Shown: positions 55,325 to 64,000 of the stretch, piece after piece
Layout: every line of letters begins with the position of its first letter
Position numbering within the stretch: position 1 is the stretch's first letter
From: an uncultured Bacteroidales bacterium
Lineage (GTDB): Bacteria; Bacteroidota; Bacteroidia; Bacteroidales; Paludibacteraceae
DNA length: 64,000 nt
Reading direction: 5' to 3'
Assembly: GCA_900317345.1 (NCBI GenBank)
Contig: ONGK01000005.1
Coordinates: 32,099 to 96,098 of the forward strand
Notes under the pieces: model-generated
What the model was told of the DNA's origin: nothing
Databases searched by the model: none
The model's input: the letters and a program-made list of their open reading frames with translations, nothing else
Made by a program: the position numbers and the translations under genes

Positions 55325-58300
55325 ATGAAACGATTCTTATTTCTCTTGACTCTCGCTACAGCCGTGCTGTGCGCGAATGCAGCTAATCATTACGTTAGCC
55401 AGACTAATGGTAATGATAGTAATGATGGTTTGTCTTGGGAAACAGCCATGCAAACTATCACCGCAGGATTTAGTGCCTGCTCGGATGGTGACACGCTGTT
55501 TATAGCCGCAGGCACATACGGCGAGCGTGTAACGGTTAAAAGCGGTTCGTTTGTCTCTATGATGGGAGGCTACGAAGCTGCAACAGGTATGCGTGACCCC
55601 GAGGTGTTCAAAACCATTATGGATGGTTCGGAGCTCGGCAAAATCTTAATCAAAGCAGAAGCAGAACCGACTATCCCGCTGCTCTATGATGGCTTGATTT
55701 TGCAGAACGCGGAATACTCGTCAAACGGTGCCGGGGTGTATATGCGCGGTAATATGACGGTCAATAACTGTATCATCCGTAATTGCAATTCGCAAGGTGG
55801 CGGAGGTGGTATCTATGTCGATATCGCGGATAAAACCTTGCCTACTGCTATCAGCAACTGCTTGATAGAGTTGTGTACGTCTAATGGTTCCGGTGGTGCT
55901 ATTCATAATACCGGTGCGCTCATTGAGAATTGTATTATTCGCGGTTGCTCCGGTACGTATGGTTCTATCGTTCTCCGTAATGGAGGTGTTGTACGCAACT
56001 GTGTGTTGTATAATAACACGGGCGGTGATAGCTGGCCTAACTCGGGCGGTATATATAATCCGGACGGTATGGTGGTCAATTGTACGTTTGCGAATAACGC
56101 CGGTGCTAAATATGCCGGAATCCACTCTGATAACAGAGTATTCAACTCTGTCATGTGGGGAAACAGAGGCGAAGAGGGTTTTGCCGACCCTGCCAACTAT
56201 ATTGCAGGTGCTCCGTCCAGCAATAATATAGCCGATCAGGGTTTTAACAGCGAGTCATTCGTAAGTCTCTCGCTCAACGAAGATAATAATGCAGTAGACG
56301 GTCCGCATTTCGTGGCGCCGACCAATTTTGTCGGTGTTCCTCAAAATGCTGCTCAGATAGCCATTATGCAAGCCGCAGACTGGTCTATCGAAGCGGGTTC
56401 GTTCCTCATTGACAAAGGTTTGGCATCGCAGGCTCCGGAAACGGATATCAACGGCGTGGTTCGTCCTAAAGGCGACGGAGTGGACGTTGGTGCGTATGAG
56501 TATGACCCCAATGCACCCGTCATTCCTTTGCAGGGATTCAATATCTATCAGGATTCTGTCTTTATCAATGTAGAGAGCATGGAGGCCTTAAGTGTGCTAT
56601 TCACGCCGCGCAACGCAACGAATAGAACGCTGAATTGGGTAAGCGATAATCCTGCTATTGCTACGGTAGATAATCATGGAACAGTGGTCGGCGTTGCAGA
56701 AGGACAGACCATCATCCGCGCAACAAGCGTAGATGGAGGGTTCACCGATACCGTGGTAGCAGTCATCTCTCCCAAACCACCGGTTTACTATCCCGTAGAG
56801 GTTTTGGCTGCTGACTCGCTCTATCCGATGGAGAACTACACGGTGCCTTCCTTCATTCCATTCTTGGTAGCCAAAGAGGCTGCGCGTATCGATAGCTTCT
56901 CTGCTACGCCGGAGGAAATAGCTTCTATCGCAGGTAAGCTTGAGGTGATGTACGCTGAAGCAGCGAAATTGGTGAGCAAGGAAGAACCGTATAACATGGT
57001 GGCTACGTTCAACGGCAACCCGCGTACACATATGGGCTTTGCATGGTTCACCAATGAAGGCATTACCGAAGGAAAAGTGCAAATCATAGCGAAAGAATAT
57101 GCCACAGCAGCGGACTTCGAGGGTGACCAAGTGCTCACATTGAATGCGGTAGCTACCACAACGGTGCCGTTGCGCTATGCTGTTTCCACGTCCGGTCTGC
57201 CTAAAGCGACGCGCTTGTCGCCTAAGACGGCCTTCACCTATGTCAGCCACAAGGCACTGGCTACGAATCTTATGCCGGGTACCGCCTATTGCTGGCGTGT
57301 GGGATATGAAGGGCACTGGAGCAAGATTGGCCATTTCCGCACACAAAATGCAGCGCAAGGCGAATATTCCTTCATCTATATGTCCGATAGCCACATCCAG
57401 GATGCTGAGTATGTGGAGAATGCTAAATGGTGCGCCACCACGGCTGCCAATACGGTGCCGGAAGCACGCTTCTGTCTCTTCCCGGGCGACTTTGTAGAAA
57501 CAGGAACCGACAATAACTCCGAGTGGGAATGGGAGCGTTGGTTTGAGGAATCTATCAAACCTGTTATCATGAAGATGCCGATTGTGCCGACCGATGGTAA
57601 CCACGATGATAGCCCACTGCTCAACTACGATTACCATTTCAATACCGATTGGGGATTTGCTAACGCTGCGCAGACCAAACCGCAGTTCAAGGGTATTACC
57701 TATAGTTTCGTCTATGGCGATGTGCTCTTCCTCGTGTATTCGCTCCAAGACTGGTGGCGCGCACATGGTAGTAGTGAAACGGGCATGACTTCGACCTATC
57801 TGTCAACGGATGTGAAAAACTGGTTCCTCGAGCAGTGCGCTGCTCACCCGAATACCAAGTATCGTGTCACGCTGTCGCATAAGAATATCTTCTCCGGTTC
57901 CGGTCACTCTGTAGATGGTGAGATACCGATGTTCCGTGAAATTATGTTGCCGATTCTCAAGGAGTGCGAGATAGACCTCGCTATCCAGGGACACGACCAC
58001 TGCTATGAGGTTATCGGTCCGGTGGACTGGGATAGCCAAACCGTTGTGGAAGGCTCTGTAGCGAATGTGGTGGATACCATTGTTGACACCAATACCAATA
58101 TAAACGGCAAGTGGGGTGGCGAGTTCACCACGGATGATGGTACCATGTATTTCATCGGTGCTACCTGCGGACGCAAACGCTACTATCCGTACAGCCGTCA
58201 GAAGATGGAGGAGAAATACACCACCGATCCGGAATTGTTGTTCGATGGAAGTCACCACAATGTGAAGGATTATTTCGATCTCTTTACCGGTTTGTTCGGT

Positions 58301-58576
58301 CAGCCTGGGGCTCCCTCTTTCTCCAAGTTCACGGTGAAGAATGATGGCATCGAGGTGAATTCCTATACTGCTTCCGCAAGCGGAAAAGCAACTCTTATCA
58401 ATACCATGAAGGTAAAGCGCACCAAACCGCATACCGTTCCGTATCTTGGTATTAACGAAGTAGAGGTGCAGATGAAAGAAGGCGAGAAATTCATCCGCAA
58501 CGGACAGATGTTCATCCTTAAGAATGGACAGATATACAACGTCCTTGGCCAGAGGGTAGAGAAAATGGAACAATAA
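55325..58576 (+). CDS. secreted beta-helix (choice-of-anchor-Q-like) + Big_2 + metallophosphoesterase + C-terminal tail (paralog P3)
   Basis: Track ORF 55190-58576 trimmed to ATG 55325 (MKRFLFLLTLATAVLCANA). HYVSQTNGNDSNDGLSWETA, ...DINGVVRPKGDGVDVGAYEYD, Big_2 (NWVSDNPAIATVDNHGTVVGVAEGQT). Core motifs MSDSH/PGDFV/TDGNHD/QGHDHCYE. Tail ...KFIRNGQMFILKNGQIYNVLGQRV. Confidence 0.8.
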   Translation: MKRFLFLLTLATAVLCANAANHYVSQTNGNDSNDGLSWETAMQTITAGFSACSDGDTLFIAAGTYGERVTVKSGSFVSMMGGYEAATGMRDPEVFKTIMDGSELGKILIKAEAEPTIPLLYDGLILQNAEYSSNGAGVYMRGNMTVNNCIIRNCNSQGGGGGIYVDIADKTLPTAISNCLIELCTSNGSGGAIHNTGALIENCIIRGCSGTYGSIVLRNGGVVRNCVLYNNTGGDSWPNSGGIYNPDGMVVNCTFANNAGAKYAGIHSDNRVFNSVMWGNRGEEGFADPANYIAGAPSSNNIADQGFNSESFVSLSLNEDNNAVDGPHFVAPTNFVGVPQNAAQIAIMQAADWSIEAGSFLIDKGLASQAPETDINGVVRPKGDGVDVGAYEYDPNAPVIPLQGFNIYQDSVFINVESMEALSVLFTPRNATNRTLNWVSDNPAIATVDNHGTVVGVAEGQTIIRATSVDGGFTDTVVAVISPKPPVYYPVEVLAADSLYPMENYTVPSFIPFLVAKEAARIDSFSATPEEIASIAGKLEVMYAEAAKLVSKEEPYNMVATFNGNPRTHMGFAWFTNEGITEGKVQIIAKEYATAADFEGDQVLTLNAVATTTVPLRYAVSTSGLPKATRLSPKTAFTYVSHKALATNLMPGTAYCWRVGYEGHWSKIGHFRTQNAAQGEYSFIYMSDSHIQDAEYVENAKWCATTAANTVPEARFCLFPGDFVETGTDNNSEWEWERWFEESIKPVIMKMPIVPTDGNHDDSPLLNYDYHFNTDWGFANAAQTKPQFKGITYSFVYGDVLFLVYSLQDWWRAHGSSETGMTSTYLSTDVKNWFLEQCAAHPNTKYRVTLSHKNIFSGSGHSVDGEIPMFREIMLPILKECEIDLAIQGHDHCYEVIGPVDWDSQTVVEGSVANVVDTIVDTNTNINGKWGGEFTTDDGTMYFIGATCGRKRYYPYSRQKMEEKYTTDPELLFDGSHHNVKDYFDLFTGLFGQPGAPSFSKFTVKNDGIEVNSYTASASGKATLINTMKVKRTKPHTVPYLGINEVEVQMKEGEKFIRNGQMFILKNGQIYNVLGQRVEKMEQ

Positions 58577-58595
58577 TTTTTAATTTATTAAAATT

Positions 58596-60743
58596 ATGAA
58601 AAGGTTATTTTCATTTTTCGCTGCAATGCTGGTGGCGTTCGTAGCGAATGCAGCGGTCATTAATATCAATACCAATACCCCCGATGCACTCCGTAAGGCG
58701 CTGGCCGGTGCTGCCAGCGGTGATATTATTGTTATGGCTGCCGGAACATATGTAGAATCCAACGGCGATTATATTGCTTTCACCGGCAAGGAGGTAACGG
58801 TGATGGCGGAACCGGGCGCGGAAGTTATTGTTGTGCCCCAAGTGCCGGTTCGTTTGAAATCCGGTGCACGCGCAGAGTTCATCAATATCAAGTTTGACTG
58901 TGGTCATATTAAGGACAAAGGCTCGTACACTGAGATTATTGTGCCGGCTGATGGCACAGCCAATAAACGCGTAATCCTCGATGGATGTGAGTTCTACGGC
59001 TGGAAGCAGAAAGATTATGCCATTGTTCACACCCGCACGGATCGTCAGTTGGATACGCTGGTTATCAATAACTGCTATTTCCACGACAACCTGTATAATT
59101 GTGTATGGCTGAGATATCCAAGTATCGCTTGCTTGCGCATTACCAATTCCACTTTTACCAACGTCGCTACGGATGCAGCCGCACCTTCAATCGGTGTGAT
59201 TCAAGTCGATGCTACGAGTGGAGATATGCTCATCGACCATTGTACGTTCTACAACTGTGAAGCGAAGAATACCGACTATGGCGCCATTAAGATACCGGGC
59301 GGAGCTCCGATTGTTTCCAATTGTATCTTTGCTATGCCGGAGGAGTATGCTAACGGCCGCGCTATCCATAATGCAGCCGGAGAGGTTAAAAACTGCCTCA
59401 CCTTCAACTACACATCTGATGAGAACACCGGTATCCATTCCGGTCCTACCATCACTGCTTGCCTCCAGGCTAATCCGCTCTTCGTGGATGCTCCTAACGG
59501 AGACTTGCGTATTCAGGGTGGTTCTCCGGCGTTAGGAGCAGGCACGGAAGGATCTGACCTCGGTGACCCGCGCTGGATTCCGCAGATGGAGTATTATCTC
59601 GCGGGAAGTATGACCGAATGGGGACCTGATCCGTTGTATAAACTGGTGAAGAATCCGGAGAATGAAGAGGAGTATATGATTGCCAAAACGTTTTATGCCG
59701 GCGACCAGTTTAAGATTGCCAAGTCCGATGGTTTGACTATCGCGAATACAGACTGGTATCCATCCGGCATGGACAACAACTATCAGATTACTGCTTCCGG
59801 CAACTATACCGTATATTTCCGTCCGGACGGACAAGGCGGCGAAGGATGGCACGAAGGCTATATCTATGCGCAAGCAGAGAGTTTAGGTCCGTGGGACAGT
59901 TGGTTTGGCGATGCAAGCATGCAGCAGGAGACCAATTCGTATCTCGCTTATGATCCTATCGCTGAGAAAGTCACGGTCTTCATCCGTAATGACAAGAACG
60001 GACAATGGCAGGCGCAGGTGAAATACCAAGGTATGCCTGCTGAGGCGGATAAATGCTATCATGTGGCCCTCAAGATGAAGTCAAACCATGATATCACCGG
60101 CATCACCCTCAAATGGCAGGACGACAATAATACGCCGAATGTGATTTATGAGAACCAGTCCATCAGCCTCGCTGAGGACGAAGAGTTTATCTATGATGCC
60201 GTAGTAGCAGGAGTGGTAGGAGAGAAGGGTAGCAATGGTATCCTTGTTCTTGACTTCGGTTTCGCCCACAACGGCGATATCATTGAGGTCTATGGTGTGA
60301 CTATTGAAGAAACAGCATGTCCTGCTCCTCCGATTTACTACCTCGTGGGTTCGATGACCGACTGGGCAGCAGAAGCGGAATACCTCTTTGCGGAGAACCC
60401 GGAAACGGAAGGCGAATACTTCCTTACCACCACTCTCGCCGTAGGCGATGCTATCAAAGTGGTGGGTGTTCAGGATGATGACGAGACCTATTATCCGAAT
60501 GGTTTGAGCAATGAGTATGTAGTGGACGCTGCGCATGCAGGGGAGACCATCGTTTACTTCCGTCCTGCCGGCAATGCGGAATGGGCTGCGTTTGGCGGTT
60601 ACTTCTTCATCCCGGATAACGGACAGGGAATTGAGGATGTCAATATCGATACCAAAGCCACAAAGCTTATCCGCAATGGACAGCTCTTCATTCGTAAGAA
60701 TGGTAAGATTTATAACGTTATCGGGCAGCAAATCGCCCGATAA
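58596..60743 (+). CDS. secreted beta-helix protein with CBM-like modules and C-terminal tail
   Basis: 715 aa. Signal peptide. The N-terminal roughly 300 aa look beta-helical (GTYVESNGDYIAF, DHCTFYNC, NCIF, ANPLFVDAPNGDLRIQGGSPALGAG). Two YYL(A/V)GSMT.W modules flank a CBM4/9-like domain. Tail KLIRNGQLFIRKNGKIYNVIGQQIAR. Confidence 0.7.
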   Translation: MKRLFSFFAAMLVAFVANAAVININTNTPDALRKALAGAASGDIIVMAAGTYVESNGDYIAFTGKEVTVMAEPGAEVIVVPQVPVRLKSGARAEFINIKFDCGHIKDKGSYTEIIVPADGTANKRVILDGCEFYGWKQKDYAIVHTRTDRQLDTLVINNCYFHDNLYNCVWLRYPSIACLRITNSTFTNVATDAAAPSIGVIQVDATSGDMLIDHCTFYNCEAKNTDYGAIKIPGGAPIVSNCIFAMPEEYANGRAIHNAAGEVKNCLTFNYTSDENTGIHSGPTITACLQANPLFVDAPNGDLRIQGGSPALGAGTEGSDLGDPRWIPQMEYYLAGSMTEWGPDPLYKLVKNPENEEEYMIAKTFYAGDQFKIAKSDGLTIANTDWYPSGMDNNYQITASGNYTVYFRPDGQGGEGWHEGYIYAQAESLGPWDSWFGDASMQQETNSYLAYDPIAEKVTVFIRNDKNGQWQAQVKYQGMPAEADKCYHVALKMKSNHDITGITLKWQDDNNTPNVIYENQSISLAEDEEFIYDAVVAGVVGEKGSNGILVLDFGFAHNGDIIEVYGVTIEETACPAPPIYYLVGSMTDWAAEAEYLFAENPETEGEYFLTTTLAVGDAIKVVGVQDDDETYYPNGLSNEYVVDAAHAGETIVYFRPAGNAEWAAFGGYFFIPDNGQGIEDVNIDTKATKLIRNGQLFIRKNGKIYNVIGQQIAR

Positions 60744-60788
60744 CGCGAAAAATTTAATATTTTTCTTGCACAATTGAAAAAATTGTTG

Positions 60789-60796
60789 TAACTTTG
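60789..60796 (+). promoter_or_regulatory. -7 box (TAACTTTG) for the last gene
   Basis: cttgcacaattgaaaaaattgttgTAACTTTGcggcg, about 85 nt before ATG 60881. Confidence 0.55.
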
Positions 60797-60880
60797 CGGC
60801 GTTATCCTGAAAAATGTATATTTTGAATAACACAACCCAATCAATTAATTTAACCAATTTATTAACTAAATTCTAATCGT

Positions 60881-63800
60881 ATGAGAAAAATCTTTTCTTT
60901 CTTCGCTGCGATGCTTATTGCATTTGTAGCGAATGCAGCTACGATTAACATCGACAACACTACTCCGGACGCATTGCGCCTTGCTTTGGGCAATGCTGCT
61001 GATGGTGATGAGATTGTCATGGCTGCAGGTACGTATGTAGAGTCCAATGGTGACTACATTGCTTTTGCTGGCAAGCATGTTATCGTAAGGGCTGCTGATG
61101 ACGCAGCGGTTACTATTCAGCCGCAAGTGCCTATTACCGTTTCCGCAGGTGGATGGGCACATTTCGTTAACATTAAATTTGATGCCTCTCGTCTGACTGA
61201 GCTTGCTGATTGGTATGAGCATCTGATTTATGCTGCTGACGATGATGAAAGCAACACTATTGTGCTGGATGGCTGCGAGTTCTACAACTTTACTCTGAAC
61301 AAGTCTATGTTGTACTGCTCTACTGCCAATCGCCTGGGTGGTGTAGCTATTCGCGACTGCTACTTCCACGATCTTATGAAGAGCATTCTCTTCGTTGAGA
61401 ATATTTCTGCAGATATTGAAGTGGTAGTAACTAACAGTACTTTTGCTAACATCTCGACGAACACCGAGAGCTATTGGGCAGGTATCATTGACCTAAGAAA
61501 TCCTGCTTCTCGGTTACTTGTTGACCATTGTACGTTCTACAATGTAATCCCGATGAACACCGATTACTCCTGCGTTTCTAAGATTACGCTCGCTGACGGT
61601 ATTACATCCAACTGTATCTTTATGCTCCCGACTGCGCAGGATAACATTCGTGCTATGCGCGGTGTTGCAGCTACTAACTGTATCACTTACAATTATCTGA
61701 AGGATAGCGGAACCGGTATCCATAGTTCTGTTACTCAGACCAACTGCGTTCAGGCAGACCCGCTCTTTGTTGACGCTGCTAACGGAAACTTCACACTTGG
61801 TGAGGGCTCTCCTGCTCTGACGATGAATGATGGTGCTCCTATCGGTGACCCGCGTTGGTGGCCCGCTGCTCCTGTTCCTCCCACTCCGCAACCTGTTGAG
61901 GTTTCATGGGATTGGTCTAAGGCTAGTTATTCCAGTGCTTCAGAGTCTTCCGTAGTATGGAGTGGTGATGATGTCACTCTTACCCTTGCTAAGGGAACCA
62001 GCCAGACAGCTGCAAATAACTATCTTGGCGGTACTGGTTCTTATAACCACACTCGTGTGTACCAGAACCAAACATTGACCTTTGCTCCCGCAGAAGGTGT
62101 TACTATTGAATCTATTGAAATTACCGCTACTAGCAATGACTATGCTGGAAAATTTAAAAATTCCACATGGACAAATGCTTCTGCTTCTACTTCTGGTTCA
62201 ACAGTAACTATAACTCCGGTAGATGGAGCAAGCGCTGTAGTATGTACAATCACTGCAGCTACTCGTGCAACCGAAGTGAAGGTTACATACCTGAAGGGTG
62301 AAGCTCCTGCAGTGGCTAAACCGGCTATCGCTGGTGAAGAATTCTTCTATGACACAACGCTCGTTACTATCACTTGTGCTACCGAAGGTGCAGCTATTTA
62401 CTACACTCTCGATGGTACAGAGCCTACTGCTGCTTCTACTCAGTACACCGCAGCGTTCAACCTGACGGCTTCTGCTACTATTAAGGCTATCGCTATCCTT
62501 GGTGATGACGCGAGTGCAGTTGCAGAGAAAACATTTACCAAGAACCCGTCGTTCGCTTCGTTTGAGGCATTGATTGCTGCTGGAGTGGCAGACAAAACGC
62601 TTATAGAGGTATCTTTTGAGAAACTGGTGATTGATAGTTTCTACGTATCTACATCCAATAATGTAAGTACTAATAAAGGTATTTATTTCACTATCAATGG
62701 CGTAGCTTATGAGATTTATAAAGGCAGTGCAGCAATTGACGCATCTTGGGAAATTGGCGGTAAGGTATCCGGTACAATCCGCGGAGAGTGGCAGCACTAT
62801 GTTAGCACACAGAAGGGCATTGATATCTGGGAAGTTATTCCATCCGCATCCGATTGGACCTGGGCTGCACTGACTTATGCTGCACCTGTAGAGGGTTGCG
62901 ATTGGGACAACATCGAGTTCCTCGGTGGACCGGCTGAGTATGCTAACCAATTCAAGGTTTGCAAGGCAGGTGCGCAACCGAATGTTGCAAATATCCAAGT
63001 TGCACCGTGGGCTGACAATAACGTAGGTATTTATGTGAACTTCCCGGATGCTGTTATCGGTGAAATCTCGCTGCCGGAAGGTCAGTATAAGGTAGAAGGC
63101 GCTGGTGTTCTACTCTATCTCTCTGCATTTACTGCAAAAGAGACAGAATTCACTATGCAGTGGCAAGACGGTGTTTATACTCTGACCGTTCTTAATGTAA
63201 ACGGCACAGATCCGGTTGTTGGTGAGAAGAAGTATTACCTCGTTGGTTCGATGAACAACTGGACACCTGGTCTGACTGATGTTTTCGGACAGAACCCGGG
63301 TTCTGAAGGTGAGTATATGGCGAAAGCCACACTGGCTGTGGGTGATGAGTTCAAGGTAATCGGTATTACGAGTGGCGTGCTGAACCCCGATACCGCTTGG
63401 TATCCGGGAGGAACGAATAACAACTATATCGTTGACGCTGACCACGCTGGTGCTGCTAAGAATATCTACTTCCGTCCGGATGGTCAAGGTGGCGAAGGAT
63501 GGCACCATGGTGTTATCTTCGTTGAGCCGAACCCCGCTCCGCAAGATGCATTGAAGGCAGTTAGTGATTCGACTACTTGGAACTTCTCGAAGTTGACACA
63601 AAATACCGAAAGTTCTCTCTATAATAGCAGTGATGATGCTATCAAACTGAGTGGCGAAACAACTCCGAGCACCGCAGACGAGCTTATCTATGCTAATTAT
63701 GATAGCCTCTGGACTATTGCAGCGGAATTCGATGGTGAGGCAATAGCATTTACCGGACAATATCCTATTCGCAAGAACCAGTTCTGCCAGAATGGTGTGC

Positions 63801-64000
63801 TCCGTATCAAGACAACTGTTGCCGGAAACATCTATGTTAAGTTCTCCGATACCGGTTCAAAAGCAAGTGAGACAGCCGTTAAACGCTACTTGATGGTTAA
63901 TGGTGATTCCACAGAGTATTGGGCTTCTCGTGAGAAAACAGGTGAAGGTGCTTATACTGCACAACTCAATGTAGAAACAGGCGCAATCCATGTTCCTGCA
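60881..64000 (+). CDS. large secreted beta-helix/CBM protein, paralog of 58596-60743, 3' end beyond window
   Basis: The frame is open from ATG 60881 to the window edge (1040 codons, hand-translated). It is absent from the ORF track because there is no stop. MRKIFSFFAAMLIAFVANAATINIDNTTPDALRLALGNAADGDEIVMAAGTYVESNGDYIAF... parallels the neighbouring gene. It also has the Pro linker PAAPVPPTPQP, a hexosaminidase-C-like block AAIYYTLDGTEPTAASTQY, and a YYLVGSMNNW module. Confidence 0.75.
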   Translation, partial: MRKIFSFFAAMLIAFVANAATINIDNTTPDALRLALGNAADGDEIVMAAGTYVESNGDYIAFAGKHVIVRAADDAAVTIQPQVPITVSAGGWAHFVNIKFDASRLTELADWYEHLIYAADDDESNTIVLDGCEFYNFTLNKSMLYCSTANRLGGVAIRDCYFHDLMKSILFVENISADIEVVVTNSTFANISTNTESYWAGIIDLRNPASRLLVDHCTFYNVIPMNTDYSCVSKITLADGITSNCIFMLPTAQDNIRAMRGVAATNCITYNYLKDSGTGIHSSVTQTNCVQADPLFVDAANGNFTLGEGSPALTMNDGAPIGDPRWWPAAPVPPTPQPVEVSWDWSKASYSSASESSVVWSGDDVTLTLAKGTSQTAANNYLGGTGSYNHTRVYQNQTLTFAPAEGVTIESIEITATSNDYAGKFKNSTWTNASASTSGSTVTITPVDGASAVVCTITAATRATEVKVTYLKGEAPAVAKPAIAGEEFFYDTTLVTITCATEGAAIYYTLDGTEPTAASTQYTAAFNLTASATIKAIAILGDDASAVAEKTFTKNPSFASFEALIAAGVADKTLIEVSFEKLVIDSFYVSTSNNVSTNKGIYFTINGVAYEIYKGSAAIDASWEIGGKVSGTIRGEWQHYVSTQKGIDIWEVIPSASDWTWAALTYAAPVEGCDWDNIEFLGGPAEYANQFKVCKAGAQPNVANIQVAPWADNNVGIYVNFPDAVIGEISLPEGQYKVEGAGVLLYLSAFTAKETEFTMQWQDGVYTLTVLNVNGTDPVVGEKKYYLVGSMNNWTPGLTDVFGQNPGSEGEYMAKATLAVGDEFKVIGITSGVLNPDTAWYPGGTNNNYIVDADHAGAAKNIYFRPDGQGGEGWHHGVIFVEPNPAPQDALKAVSDSTTWNFSKLTQNTESSLYNSSDDAIKLSGETTPSTADELIYANYDSLWTIAAEFDGEAIAFTGQYPIRKNQFCQNGVLRIKTTVAGNIYVKFSDTGSKASETAVKRYLMVNGDSTEYWASREKTGEGAYTAQLNVETGAIHVPA

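Overview
The window looks like a chromosomal segment of a Bacteroidales (Bacteroidota) genome. Support: TAnnTTTG -7 promoter boxes sit in front of most transcription units, and the gene content includes a hybrid two-component regulator, PorX, a GldJ-like lipoprotein and rsfS-ftsH. About 48 genes are packed tightly. I found no transposase, integrase, CRISPR array or rRNA. The left and middle parts are mostly housekeeping: glgB (partial), tRNA-Glu, rpsT, rfbA, glmM, lpxB, surE, an M16 peptidase, ftsH, rsfS, msrA, mdh, a serine-palmitoyltransferase-like synthase plus SDR, ldcA, psuK/psuG, porX, gcvH, folP, cdaA and metG. One 1978-aa secreted adhesin-like protein (19148-25084, minus strand) interrupts this region. 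The right third (about 42-64 kb) is accessory. It starts with a DUF4874/DUF4832-like protein, a HAD hydrolase, a NahK-like kinase and a CBM9-like protein. A long co-directional unit follows: AgaS-like isomerase, GatZ/KbaZ-like protein, CE7 esterase lipoprotein, PfkB kinase, three tandem secreted metallophosphoesterase paralogs (two fused to beta-helix domains), and two large beta-helix/CBM proteins. No SusC/SusD pair is present in the window. Other notable signals: a conserved upstream module built from five phased 11-bp repeats lies in front of both the giant gene and the AgaS unit; four secreted proteins share a roughly 40-aa C-terminal tail; the giant gene has a 140-nt hairpin in its leader; one phosphoesterase paralog carries a 7-nt coding repeat; a short interspersed motif occurs inside lpxB and the SDR gene; and ldcA has a replaced 3' end. 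All functional calls rest on motif recognition by eye, not on database searches.
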